From positions 3,926 to 67,925 of the forward strand of contig WGNS01000004.1 of the NCBI GenBank assembly GCA_016124415.1: a stretch of DNA of 64,000 bases, given 5' to 3'. The position numbers and the translations under genes are program-made. Below are positions 9,659 through 19,615 of the stretch, piece by piece (the stretch's first letter is position 1; each line of letters starts with the position of its first letter). The notes below the pieces were generated by a model. That model was not told where the DNA came from. It ran no database searches and saw only the letters and a program-made list of their open reading frames with translations. Source of the stretch: Gammaproteobacteria bacterium. GTDB taxonomy: Bacteria > Pseudomonadota > Gammaproteobacteria > SZUA-140.

Positions 9659-11473
9659 CTAGTTGGTGTTCAGTAGCGGACCGCTCAACGGCGCCGCGAC
9701 ATCCGCCCTGTAGGCGCCAATGGCACGGCCGTTTTGAGCGCGCGCACGACCTTGAATATCCTTAAGGATGTCAATCCCATACAGGCTCAGGAAGGTCTCG
9801 TAGGGATCGTCCGGAGCAGCAACGGCCGACAGGTTGTTGTTTGCCGCTGCAGCGACCGAAGAACCGATCAACCGGAAGTCATGGGGCAACACGGTGGAAT
9901 CTGGGCCGAGTACCGGCTTGACGAAACCCGGATCGCCGTACAGACAGTGGGCGCACTGACCGGATGGATATTGCGTCGAGGTGGCGAACGGATAGCTTCC
10001 GGTGGTCAAACCGTCATAGTCGATCCAGTTCCAGCTTAATTCGAAGCTGTTGTCAGGATTATAAAACAGATTGTAATCCATGGTTGCCATGCCGGCCCTA
10101 GCGGGATGAAGAATCTGCGCAAAGCCTGACTCCAGACGATTTGTGCTTCCTGCCTTGACATAGGTATTGGCGATAATATTCCCGTACATGTCTATCGGAG
10201 CATCTCCCTGTGCGGCGATACCCCACCGGACATCGTAAATAGTGTTGTCGGCCACATGACGGGTCATACCGCCGGCGGCAAGATCGATCGCCTTACCGGA
10301 TGCCCTGGGATCGGTCGGCGCAATACTCGCGTCATTATGAATATCGTGAATCAGGTTACCGACCAGATACACATGATGAACATGATTGTCATCCGGTGGA
10401 GCCGTATCCGACTGCCTGATACCGGTATCCGCATCGTAGATATGATTGAAGATTATCCACAGGTGATCTGGATTGTATTGAAACGCGAAACCGTCGGTAG
10501 GCTGAACCCTACTACCGGTAATATGCTGATTGTATGCGGTGTTTTCCGAAATAATCACATCGCTGGCCTGTTTCACGAATACCAGCGCCTCTCGAAGCTG
10601 CGATCCCTCGTTACGCCCGATATAGATGTGATGCAAGTGATTATGGCTGTTCGTCCAATTACCGCCGTTGACGATGATGCCTCCACTGCTGACCTGATTG
10701 AATGTGTTCTCCAGCAGCCAGACGTTGTACAACCAAGTGTTCGAGTCCCGGTTCCACGTATTGGGCGAAATACCCACGAAATCCAGGTCAGTGAGTCGCT
10801 GCCAGTCACCGAGCTTGCTGAAATTGCACTTGTAGACCACGACGTCGGACATTGTCGCGCTCAACGACGGCACGATACTGATCGCATCGGTGGACGGCAG
10901 GTCCACGTGCGTACGATTCTGGATATCCACGTTCCGTATCGAGATGTGGTTCCCGGCACCGGTCACGAAAATCGCACCTCTCGCTCCTCCGTTGAAATCC
11001 AGATTTTGCACGAAGACATAGGTCGAATTGTCGACGACCATATCGCCCGTAAACGTCGGCTTATTGGTGACATTGCCGACGATCCAGCAGGGAGAGGCCT
11101 CGGTGCATCCCATCTTGAAATAGAGATGATCGGGATATGGTCCGCCGTGGATCTCGATATAGGTACCGGGGGACATCGCAGCGGAATTGGAGTCCGCGAA
11201 TGGGACGGTCAGTCGCGGCTTGTTCGGATAACCGAACGTATTCCCCGTGTCCGTAGCGTTCGGCGACGTATTGTCGATGTAATAATGATTGGCGACTTCG
11301 GATGAAGGCCACCCCGCCGGTTGAGCCGGCGCCTGAGTGTCAATCGGGCTCAAACTACCCCACACCGGTTCCGGTATCCCCAAGGGAGGTTGGTACGCAT
11401 ACGCGGAAAGTGTGAACGATGACACGAACATCAATAATATCAGTCTGGAATATGTCATCACTGCGTGCTCCAT
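9659..11473 (-). CDS. Secreted right-handed parallel beta-helix protein (candidate EPS glycanase, lyase or epimerase)
   Basis: The track ORF runs to 11527. A signal peptide MTYSRLILLMFVSSFTLSAYA follows internal Met codons, so the start is likely 11473 or 11458. Repeated beta-helix-type turns are present: HISIRNVDIQN, VWLLENTFNQ, VIISENTAYNQ, VYLVGNLIHDIHND, HVADNTIYD. Confidence 0.6.
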   Translation of the reverse strand: MEHAVMTYSRLILLMFVSSFTLSAYAYQPPLGIPEPVWGSLSPIDTQAPAQPAGWPSSEVANHYYIDNTSPNATDTGNTFGYPNKPRLTVPFADSNSAAMSPGTYIEIHGGPYPDHLYFKMGCTEASPCWIVGNVTNKPTFTGDMVVDNSTYVFVQNLDFNGGARGAIFVTGAGNHISIRNVDIQNRTHVDLPSTDAISIVPSLSATMSDVVVYKCNFSKLGDWQRLTDLDFVGISPNTWNRDSNTWLYNVWLLENTFNQVSSGGIIVNGGNWTNSHNHLHHIYIGRNEGSQLREALVFVKQASDVIISENTAYNQHITGSRVQPTDGFAFQYNPDHLWIIFNHIYDADTGIRQSDTAPPDDNHVHHVYLVGNLIHDIHNDASIAPTDPRASGKAIDLAAGGMTRHVADNTIYDVRWGIAAQGDAPIDMYGNIIANTYVKAGSTNRLESGFAQILHPARAGMATMDYNLFYNPDNSFELSWNWIDYDGLTTGSYPFATSTQYPSGQCAHCLYGDPGFVKPVLGPDSTVLPHDFRLIGSSVAAAANNNLSAVAAPDDPYETFLSLYGIDILKDIQGRARAQNGRAIGAYRADVAAPLSGPLLNTN

Positions 11474-11671
11474 AATAAGGTTTCTCCAGGAATCGATCAT
11501 CCCAGAAGCATCAAACCCATTCACCAACCGTTCAGGCTAACACCCTGAGACCGCCCGGAATGCAACCGAAATCACAAACTGCCGGCGTTCCGGAATCTAT
11601 CGACGAAATTGTGCGGTCGCCCCCATATTTCGCCCTGTAAACTTGATATTTGACGCGCACATGAGGCCAAG

Positions 11672-13108
11672 TTAGTAGACGGCGGCCAAGACCACCACCG
11701 CTCCCATACACGCCATAATGATCTGGCTTTGCCTGTCCTTGATCGCAAAGACGAGCGGATCATCGTCCATTTCGCCCCTTCCGGCCTTCAGCCACATCCG
11801 ACTGACCCAGTACATCAGCATCGGGACGACTCCGAACATGATATCAGGGCTATGATAGAGATTTCTTATTTCCTCGCTATGAATATATAGCGCCATGACC
11901 AGCACGGACAGATAGCCGCTGGCGATCCCCATGCCGTGAAGATACTCAAGGTCGGAAACCATGTATCCCCTGCCGATCGAGGAATCCCGCTCCATGAGTT
12001 TCATGGTGTTCAACTCCGCACACCGCTTGACGAGCGCAAGACTGACGAAAATGAACACACTAAACGCCATGATCCAGTACGACAAGGAAATCTCGGTCGC
12101 CGCCGCCCCACCGATGACCCTGACCGTATAGAGTCCGCTCAGCAACATGACATCCACCAGGGCGAATTTCTTAAGACCCAATGAGTAACCCACTGTCGCC
12201 GCGTAATAGATGAGCAACACCAAGCAAAAATTCGAGGAAAGCCCCCCTGCCGTCGTAAACCCCAATATCAGCAGCAAAGGAATCATCATGACGCCGTACC
12301 GTAAATCGATGGCGCCCGCCGCAAAGGGCCGGGATTTTTTACGCGGATGCAAACGATCCGCCTCAAGGTCCAACAGATCGTTCAACAGATATACGGATGA
12401 AGCACACAAAGAAAACGCGAAAAAGGCGGCGATAGAGATCGTCAACGTGTGCGCACTGAAATCGTGGGCGGCAATCGCCGGCAGGAAGATCAATATATTC
12501 TTGGCCCACTGATGCGGTCGCAGCGCACGCAAATAAAGCCAAGGTCTTGCCGGAACCGAAAACACCTTATCGGGCGAAATACCGGTTCGCTTCAAATGTC
12601 CGATCAGGCCGGGCTCACCGTCCACCAATAGCACTTCCCGAGCCTGCCGCCATACGGGAATGTCCTTCCTCGAATTCCCGACGTAAGAGAATCCCTCTCC
12701 GGACGTCTGTTCGCTGATCGCATCCCCTTTGACGGTGCCGGAAAGATTCCTGTGTTCGTTTGAGGCCAGGTAACCGGAAAAAAAATCGTGGTGCGCGACC
12801 AGTTGCGACGCATACTTCTCGTTGCTCGCGGTCGCCAGGTAAATCTCGCGGCCCGCCTCGTGCTGCTGCCGGAGAAATTCGATCAGATCCTCGTTGTACG
12901 GCAACAAATCGATCGAGACGTCCACTTCCGACGCCAGCATCATCTTCAAATGGGCCTTTCCCTTCAACAACCAGAGCGGAATCATGAAGAACCGGAAAGG
13001 ATACTTTTTCAGAAACGCCAGAACGGACTCGATCAGAAGATCCGAGCGGATTAAGGAACCGTCCAGGTCGACGAATATCGGAAGCCCGGCTGCCTTGGCC
13101 TTCGTCAC
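11672..13108 (-). CDS. HAD-phosphatase / UbiA-family polyprenyl-phosphate 5-phosphoribosyltransferase fusion (DPPR-synthase-like, Rv3806c family)
   Basis: The N-terminal domain has HAD motif I FVDLDGSL, then YLATASNEKYA and GNSRKD. The C-terminal half has about 8-9 TM helices and the UbiA Asp-rich motif NDLLDLEADRLHPRKKSRPFAAGAI (the HP.K..RP.A.G extension is typical of DPPR synthases). The track start is 13183. An in-frame GTG at 13108 forms a GTGA overlap with the upstream stop, so I prefer 13108. Confidence 0.75.
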   Translation of the reverse strand: MTKAKAAGLPIFVDLDGSLIRSDLLIESVLAFLKKYPFRFFMIPLWLLKGKAHLKMMLASEVDVSIDLLPYNEDLIEFLRQQHEAGREIYLATASNEKYASQLVAHHDFFSGYLASNEHRNLSGTVKGDAISEQTSGEGFSYVGNSRKDIPVWRQAREVLLVDGEPGLIGHLKRTGISPDKVFSVPARPWLYLRALRPHQWAKNILIFLPAIAAHDFSAHTLTISIAAFFAFSLCASSVYLLNDLLDLEADRLHPRKKSRPFAAGAIDLRYGVMMIPLLLILGFTTAGGLSSNFCLVLLIYYAATVGYSLGLKKFALVDVMLLSGLYTVRVIGGAAATEISLSYWIMAFSVFIFVSLALVKRCAELNTMKLMERDSSIGRGYMVSDLEYLHGMGIASGYLSVLVMALYIHSEEIRNLYHSPDIMFGVVPMLMYWVSRMWLKAGRGEMDDDPLVFAIKDRQSQIIMACMGAVVVLAAVY

Positions 13109-14760
13109 GATATACGCTCCACAGCCACCTTGCGCATATCCCAAATCACAAAGCAAATGCGCATTTTCTTGGTCAACGGCCAATATATCTCCGGCTCGCT
13201 CCGGTACACCTCGGCCTGCCTATCCGCATGAAACACGTAGCCCGGTCTCAGCCCGAAACGGCCGGGATACGCGGCAATCCTCACGGCATGGTTGTCGTAG
13301 TCGCACTCGGTATAGGCGTCGGCAAGAAACTTGACGTGCTGACGTTCAAAGAAGGTGGGGATCGTGCCCTCGATCATCGCATCCTGGTATTCGTAGCTAT
13401 TGATCAACCCGTCCAAGTTAAGCGTATGGCGGTCGTTGAAATACGCGAATACGCCGGCATCGGAAAGCGCCAGCGCGGCGTCCCGAGGCAGGTGCGCGTC
13501 CGCCCAATGGGCGGCCTCGATACGTTGTTGGTGATGGGCGCCCTTCTGGATATAGAGAAAATAGGAAAATGCCGCCACGACGACGAGCACACCCGCCTGC
13601 ACAATTGCCGTCAAGGAAGACCTGTTTCTCAACGGTCCCGAAACGAGCGCCTCAAGCGCAAGTGCGGTAAAGATCGTCAGTACGGGCATGTAGGCCGCGA
13701 AATGCCACTGGTAGACGCCCCACGCCATAAAGCACTGCGTCCACAGGAGGTGTATCGAACATCCCAGCCAGAACACCGAGAACAACATATAGCGGCTATC
13801 GGTCTTCCAAGCGGCAAACAAGCCTCTCATCCGGCCTGACGTTGCGAGAGCGGAAACTATCACCCAGGCACCGCTCAAGATCATTAATGTAAGGTAGGGC
13901 AGCACATGAGAAGAAAAGTGGTATGCGAACATAGGATTCGGGAACGAGCTCTTCAGCGCCCCCGAAATCGGCGTCAGGTGACCGAACTCATCATAGTTCC
14001 AAATCAAATAAGGCGCGAAAAAACAGGCGAATACGGCAATCGTAGGTGCATAAAAGCGCGCGAGATATTGTAGCCTGCCGGCTCCTTTCCCCTCGTTTTG
14101 AGGGAATACCAGCTTGAAAATCGCCAGCGCAATCAGGATAAAGGCCGTATCGAGCCTGATCAACAACATCGTGCCCAACAGGGCTCCCAACAGGACCCTT
14201 TGGTTACGACTCGCGGTTGATGCGAGCAAGCCCGATCGTTCCCCAACATACAAGGTCAACCAGACCCAAAACATCAGCAGCCCGCTTTCCAGGCCATTGA
14301 ACAAAAAGACGACCGGTGACGCCAGGGCAAGCAGGACGAGCACCCCCGAGTCCGCAATGGACGGCCTCACGACGCGCAACAAATACATACGGCAAAGCAT
14401 TATCGACCCGACGGCCAGAAAGACCTGAATCGTAATGGCAACTCGAAGCGCGAGTTCGGGATTCTTGACCAGGCCGTACACGGCCACGAGGATCAACATC
14501 CATAGGGGATGAAATCCGTTCGACATATTGTAGCCGTCAAAGGTCACGCCCTTGCCGAGGGTAATGTTTTCCGCGACCTTGAAGTAATAGTAGGCGTCGT
14601 CCGAGAAGAAATAGATCAGTTGAGAGATGTCGCTGAAGAATATCCAGCCGATAAACAGCACCGCCAAAACGAATATCGCGACCGATATTCCTGAAAAGGC
14701 GCAAAACTCCCGATGATCCAAGTGGCGGTCACAAGTCGACGACATTTCTACCTCTAGCAT
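13105..14760 (-). CDS. Polytopic membrane protein, GT-C-like glycosyltransferase (candidate polyprenyl-P-arabinose-dependent transferase)
   Basis: 551 aa with at least 12 TM helices by eye. An acidic motif sits in the first loop after TM1 (FFSDDAYYYFKVAENI), where GT-C enzymes carry their DD/DE motif. There is a C-terminal soluble domain. It is translationally coupled to the HAD-UbiA gene. Confidence 0.45.
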   Translation of the reverse strand: MLEVEMSSTCDRHLDHREFCAFSGISVAIFVLAVLFIGWIFFSDISQLIYFFSDDAYYYFKVAENITLGKGVTFDGYNMSNGFHPLWMLILVAVYGLVKNPELALRVAITIQVFLAVGSIMLCRMYLLRVVRPSIADSGVLVLLALASPVVFLFNGLESGLLMFWVWLTLYVGERSGLLASTASRNQRVLLGALLGTMLLIRLDTAFILIALAIFKLVFPQNEGKGAGRLQYLARFYAPTIAVFACFFAPYLIWNYDEFGHLTPISGALKSSFPNPMFAYHFSSHVLPYLTLMILSGAWVIVSALATSGRMRGLFAAWKTDSRYMLFSVFWLGCSIHLLWTQCFMAWGVYQWHFAAYMPVLTIFTALALEALVSGPLRNRSSLTAIVQAGVLVVVAAFSYFLYIQKGAHHQQRIEAAHWADAHLPRDAALALSDAGVFAYFNDRHTLNLDGLINSYEYQDAMIEGTIPTFFERQHVKFLADAYTECDYDNHAVRIAAYPGRFGLRPGYVFHADRQAEVYRSEPEIYWPLTKKMRICFVIWDMRKVAVERIS

Positions 14761-14783
14761 CCTGTCCTAATCCGGAAAACAAT

Positions 14784-16184
14784 TTACATCGCCCTTTTGC
14801 CAAAGCGATCGATGTAGCAACGTGACATCATGCCAATGAACGCCCACATACCAAAGGTACCTTCAGTAGGGAAAAAGTTCTGGCTTCCCACGCCCGCGAC
14901 CAATTGGGAAATGATCATCGCCAAGGTCATTCCACCTATCGAAACCGATACCTTGTCGCCACCCGACTTGAACAGTCGGTAGCTCATCTTCAGAAACAAT
15001 ATGAACATATAAAAGATCGGGACGGCACCGATCACGCCCGCATCGATCAATAACCGTAGATAGGCATTGTGCGGATGCGGGAACGGCTCCTTCAGTTCGA
15101 CGGCGAGAAAGGTACTCAAGCCACTGTTCTGCATACCCATGGACCCGTAGCCGACAAACGGTCTGTCCAATATTTTATCGACTACATACGGCCAAATTTC
15201 GAGTCGCCCCGCGGACAGAGCATAGGTATCGATGGTCTCGTCTGGGCTGTCCACCACGGACTGTTCCGGCTCGTTCATGCCCTCAAGCGCGCGCTGATAC
15301 ACGGACGGAACAAGAAAGACGATAACGAGCGCCATAATAGGGAGAATGACGAGAAACTTCTTCCACCTGGCAAAAGACAGAACCATACCGGTAACGATCC
15401 ATGCCGCGTATCCGGCGCGCCCCCCCGTCAGCGCCTGGGCAAACATCATCATCACCGAGCCTATGCCGACCATGGGCCTCAGCATTTTACCTTTAACCAG
15501 GAACAGGGCGATCAATCCGGCCCATCCCGCTCCCGCCAGCATCGTCGAGAGGTCAGTTCTAAAGTAACCGATTTCCCGGCCCAACACTCTCGCCGCGCGC
15601 TCCGACAGCTCGGCCCCGTTCAGGATGTAGTGCAACGGCATCCACTTGATCACCTGGAGGGCCAGGATAAAATACATGAGCAGCAACGATACGGCCGCCA
15701 ATCGCTTGCGCCCATCGGAACGCGCGCAGGTAAAAAGCAAAACCCCGGGCACCAGGTACTTGAGGGTATTGATGAAATTGTCGACGAACAATCCGAAGGT
15801 CAGAGCGGAACTGTCCTGAATGGCGCCCTGCCCCCCGCTGAAAAAGTAATCGTCGAAGCCTACGACGCCACTGTGATCGAGCAACAATCTCGCACCGCTG
15901 ACTACGATCACTCCGACATAGAACACCAAGAGCCAGGTCATTTTCGAGGACATGTCCCAGCGCCCCCCTTCTCGTCTGCGATTCAACCACCACGCGATAA
16001 CGATCAGAAACAAAAGGAGATTTACGGGATTCAGCCCGGTGATGCCGAAAATCGCCTTGGGCATCTCACGGCTCTCCGAAATGGAGAGCAGCACCATAAA
16101 ACCGCACAGGGATTTATACCAGTCCCGCCATAGATATATCACGACGAACGTGCAAAAAATCGTCAAAAGTGTATATCTAATCAT
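14784..16184 (-). CDS. O-antigen ligase/polymerase-like membrane protein (Wzy_C family; exosortase-A-associated type)
   Basis: 466 aa, polytopic with about 10-12 TM helices and a large loop in the second half. It lies next to the priming transferase in an XrtA locus. Confidence 0.6.
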   Translation of the reverse strand: MIRYTLLTIFCTFVVIYLWRDWYKSLCGFMVLLSISESREMPKAIFGITGLNPVNLLLFLIVIAWWLNRRREGGRWDMSSKMTWLLVFYVGVIVVSGARLLLDHSGVVGFDDYFFSGGQGAIQDSSALTFGLFVDNFINTLKYLVPGVLLFTCARSDGRKRLAAVSLLLMYFILALQVIKWMPLHYILNGAELSERAARVLGREIGYFRTDLSTMLAGAGWAGLIALFLVKGKMLRPMVGIGSVMMMFAQALTGGRAGYAAWIVTGMVLSFARWKKFLVILPIMALVIVFLVPSVYQRALEGMNEPEQSVVDSPDETIDTYALSAGRLEIWPYVVDKILDRPFVGYGSMGMQNSGLSTFLAVELKEPFPHPHNAYLRLLIDAGVIGAVPIFYMFILFLKMSYRLFKSGGDKVSVSIGGMTLAMIISQLVAGVGSQNFFPTEGTFGMWAFIGMMSRCYIDRFGKRAM

Positions 16185-16302
16185 GCGCAGACAAACCCAA
16201 CAGGTACCCTACCGCGTCCGGAAAAAACCGGACGCTAAAATTGGACGGCATTCTTTGGCGAATAGATCCCGCAACTGCGATTCCGCTCCTGCCGGCACGT
16301 GA

Positions 16303-17709
16303 TCATACGGCTCCTCTTGCGGCAAGGACCGCCGGAATGGTTTGCAGGAGGATTTTGAAGTCCAGGCCAAGCGACCAACGACTGATGTATTCGAGATCGA
16401 GGGCCAACCACTGATCGAAGTTCAGATTGCTGCGACCGGAAACCTGCCAGAGACAGGTCATGCCCGGACGGACACTGAACCGCTTTCTCTGAATGCTGCG
16501 ATCGAACCGATTCACATCCCGCAAGGACATGGGGCGCGGTCCGACGAGGCTCATATCTCCCTTCAGGACGTTGATCAACTGCGGCAATTCGTCGAGACTG
16601 GTCTTGCGGATAAACCGGCCGACTTTTGTCACCCGAGGGTCATTGGCGATTTTGAAGATCGGGCCGTCGGCCTCGTTCATGGACTCCAGCTCTTCTTGCG
16701 TGATCGTCGTCTCGGTGGACATCGATCGGAACTTGTACATCTTGAAACCGCGCTTGCGATACCCGACACGTTCCTGAACGAAGAACACCGGGCCCCGACT
16801 GTCCAGCTTGATCATAATCGCGATGACGAGGAAGACGGGAAGAATGATCGGCAGGGATATCAATACCGCCGCGATGTCGAGCAATCTCTTGAGAAACAAG
16901 GCGACCTCGTCGTGCGCCACGGGTTCAAAGGTCAACAAGGGGATTTCCCCAAGATGTGCCAAGCTCATCCTGGCAACCTCCAGGTCAAACATGTCGGCCA
17001 TGAACCTGAAATTTACGCCCTGTTCTTCGCAGGCGAACGCGATCTCCTCGAAGTCCTTGAGCTGAGACCTTGGCACCGCGACGATCACCTCGTCGATTAC
17101 GTTTTGTCCGAGTATCTGACTGATATCGTCTATGGTCCCGAGCACGGGGACATTCATCAATTTTTCACCGACCTTGTTCTTGTCGCGATCGACGTAGCCG
17201 ATAACGTGAATCCTTAGGTCCGGGTTTTCCTGCAGGCTCTTGACTAGGCGTTGCCCCCGGCCGCCACAACCGATGACCAGGGCAACCTGACTATGGCCCA
17301 GCAAGGACGCGACGCTGAACTTGCGAATGATCACCCGCTCGACCAGCAGCAATACAAAGGCGTAGAGCGCAAAGAGTCCGAGCACGCCGCGACTCAGATA
17401 GTGCATCCGGAAAAGGAAGATCAATCCGAAAATCACACCCAGGGCGATCAGGAAACTTCTGACGATGACCAATATGTCATCGGTCATCTTCGATTTTGCT
17501 AGATGTTTCTTGATATACGCGCCCGATGCCACCAATGACAGCATCTGCACGCTCAGAATCAACGGCAGCAATTGTATGTGATCCCGAGAGCTGACCACAT
17601 TCTCGCCGACCATCTCTCGAGTCAACAACGCAAGCAAATAGGCGCCAAATAGGACCAATACGTCCAGCCCAATCAGTAACCCACCCGTTCTTTCCGATCC
17701 GCTAGTCAT
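16303..17709 (-). CDS. Polyprenyl-phosphate sugar-phosphate (priming) transferase, EpsB/WbaP-like
   Basis: 468 aa. It has N-terminal TM helices, a central nucleotide-binding-like VALVIGCGGRGQRLV, and the C-terminal Bac_transf signature PGMTCLWQV plus DELPQLINVLKGDMSLVGPRP. Confidence 0.85.
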   Translation of the reverse strand: MTSGSERTGGLLIGLDVLVLFGAYLLALLTREMVGENVVSSRDHIQLLPLILSVQMLSLVASGAYIKKHLAKSKMTDDILVIVRSFLIALGVIFGLIFLFRMHYLSRGVLGLFALYAFVLLLVERVIIRKFSVASLLGHSQVALVIGCGGRGQRLVKSLQENPDLRIHVIGYVDRDKNKVGEKLMNVPVLGTIDDISQILGQNVIDEVIVAVPRSQLKDFEEIAFACEEQGVNFRFMADMFDLEVARMSLAHLGEIPLLTFEPVAHDEVALFLKRLLDIAAVLISLPIILPVFLVIAIMIKLDSRGPVFFVQERVGYRKRGFKMYKFRSMSTETTITQEELESMNEADGPIFKIANDPRVTKVGRFIRKTSLDELPQLINVLKGDMSLVGPRPMSLRDVNRFDRSIQRKRFSVRPGMTCLWQVSGRSNLNFDQWLALDLEYISRWSLGLDFKILLQTIPAVLAARGAV

Positions 17710-17806
17710 GGTCCGGCCTGTTCCGTCGAAACTCCAATCCCACCGATTTCATTGGCAATCGCTGTCATTACTTCTCTGTAACCTTCATATCGGCTTCCGG
17801 CACCCT

Positions 17807-18583
17807 TCAAATGATACCGATGTAATTAAACTCTTTTATGTTGCTGACCCTGTACCCGTGTTGCTTCAGCAACTCGACCACGTTTCCGGTACTCATTGCC
17901 TCAACATACTCGAAAAGAATAAACGTGGGATAGTCATCGCGATCGATATCTTCGAAAAACTTCTTTAAAATCTTGTACTCATATCCTTCAACATCGATCT
18001 TCACACCCTGGACCGCGCTCAGGTCCTCACGCGCCAGGAGATCCGACAAAGGCATGCACTCGACACTGACGGTGCCTTCTCCGCCCTGGGCCAAAAAGGA
18101 ATTTCCGCCCCGGTTGCCATCGGTGTCGACGTGAAGCATGGCCGTCTCAACAACATCGGAGACCCCCATGTTGACGGCCGTGATATTGCCTACTTCGTTG
18201 AGCGCGATATTTCGGGAGAGCTTCCGGTAGTTGTACGGATCCGCTTCGAAAGCGACGACCCGACCCTCCGGCCCCACCCAACGGGATGCCAGGACGGAAT
18301 AGATGCCTACATTGCTTCCGATGTCTACGAACACATCGCCGGGTCTCAACAGTGACTCCAAGCGTTGAAACTCCCTGCGTTCGTATATCTGCGGATAAAA
18401 AATCACTTTTGAATCAACGCACTCACTCGCCTCCAACTCAAACTGAAAGCCATAGGCATCGACCAATCGCTTGTCTCCCCTGCCGAAACCGAACAACTTT
18501 ATCAAGAGATCCGCGATCCGTCCGGAACCCCGTACCGGCGGCAATCGCCGCGTGATACCTTGCAAAAGTGAAACTTTATCCAT
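17807..18583 (-). CDS. FkbM-family SAM-dependent methyltransferase
   Basis: 258 aa. SAM motif I VFVDIGSNVGIYS, then VVAFEADPYNY, and C-terminal KIDVEGYEYKIL typical of FkbM. Confidence 0.75.
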   Translation of the reverse strand: MDKVSLLQGITRRLPPVRGSGRIADLLIKLFGFGRGDKRLVDAYGFQFELEASECVDSKVIFYPQIYERREFQRLESLLRPGDVFVDIGSNVGIYSVLASRWVGPEGRVVAFEADPYNYRKLSRNIALNEVGNITAVNMGVSDVVETAMLHVDTDGNRGGNSFLAQGGEGTVSVECMPLSDLLAREDLSAVQGVKIDVEGYEYKILKKFFEDIDRDDYPTFILFEYVEAMSTGNVVELLKQHGYRVSNIKEFNYIGII

Positions 18584-18629
18584 CAGTCACGATCACGCTC
18601 AATACGATGAAACTGAGTGAAATTATTTT

Positions 18630-19553
18630 TCACGATGATTTCTTTCCCATCCTTGCCTTGTCCCTGAGAAAAAGACCTAATCCAAGCGGCAAAAGCAATA
18701 TCTGGAGCAACAAAGCCTTGAACGACGCCCCCGCCCATACGATTTTTCCGGCGTGAAACCCGAAGCGAGTCAGGTTCACCGCGGCGCGTACTAGCTCTCG
18801 TATCGGCAACCGGGCCCAGAGCTCCAAAAGAAACGCATAGTACAGCGTCATGGCGTTGGGATTATTGATACCGAGTTCGAGGCTTCGGTCGGATAGCCCA
18901 CCGACCTGGTACTCGGCCGTCGCGACGACCTTGTTGATATACCGGCTCCTATAGTCCCGACCTATTTGATACCAAACATATGACTCCGGAATGAATCGAC
19001 CGACATTCTCGGGAAAGGGATATTTCCTCAAGACATCCGTTCTGACCGCACTCAACTTGTCTCCCCTGACACGGTATTTGTACTTTAAATCGATGTTGTC
19101 CGCGTCGAACACATCCTGCGGAAAACGGTCTCCAATGACGGCTCCCAGCTGATCTACGAGCAATCCGCAAATACTGTCGAAATTCGCCTTCTCCGCATCG
19201 GGTATCGCGTGCCACGCCTCGTCGAAGTCATTCAGGGCATCAGGACGAATTTGGTCGTCCGAGTCGATAATCACGAAGAACTTCCCCTTCGCTTCCGCCA
19301 CTCCGGCGTTGATCGCAGTATGCTTTCCGCCATTCTCCTTCTTTACATAGTTGATTCTGAACGCCGCTTCCTTCTGGAACGATCTGACGACAGACTCCGT
19401 ATCATCCACCGAACCGTCATCGACAATAACCCATTCGAAGACCGGGCCGTTCAAGAGGCGAATGCTCTCATACAACCTGGTCAATAACCGAGCCCTGTTA
19501 TAGGTGGCGGTAAATATCGTAAATGGAAGCATATCCGACGTAGCGTCCCTCAT
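18630..19553 (-). CDS. Glycosyltransferase family 2
   Basis: 307 aa. GT-A motifs FTIFTATYNRARLL, WVIVDDGSVDDT and FVIIDSDD (DxD). Confidence 0.8.
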   Translation of the reverse strand: MRDATSDMLPFTIFTATYNRARLLTRLYESIRLLNGPVFEWVIVDDGSVDDTESVVRSFQKEAAFRINYVKKENGGKHTAINAGVAEAKGKFFVIIDSDDQIRPDALNDFDEAWHAIPDAEKANFDSICGLLVDQLGAVIGDRFPQDVFDADNIDLKYKYRVRGDKLSAVRTDVLRKYPFPENVGRFIPESYVWYQIGRDYRSRYINKVVATAEYQVGGLSDRSLELGINNPNAMTLYYAFLLELWARLPIRELVRAAVNLTRFGFHAGKIVWAGASFKALLLQILLLPLGLGLFLRDKARMGKKSS

Positions 19554-19615
19554 GACCCGAAGCTCGCCCTATACGAAGATAGGCATCAAATCGACGAAAT
19601 CCAAGGCGATTCAGC

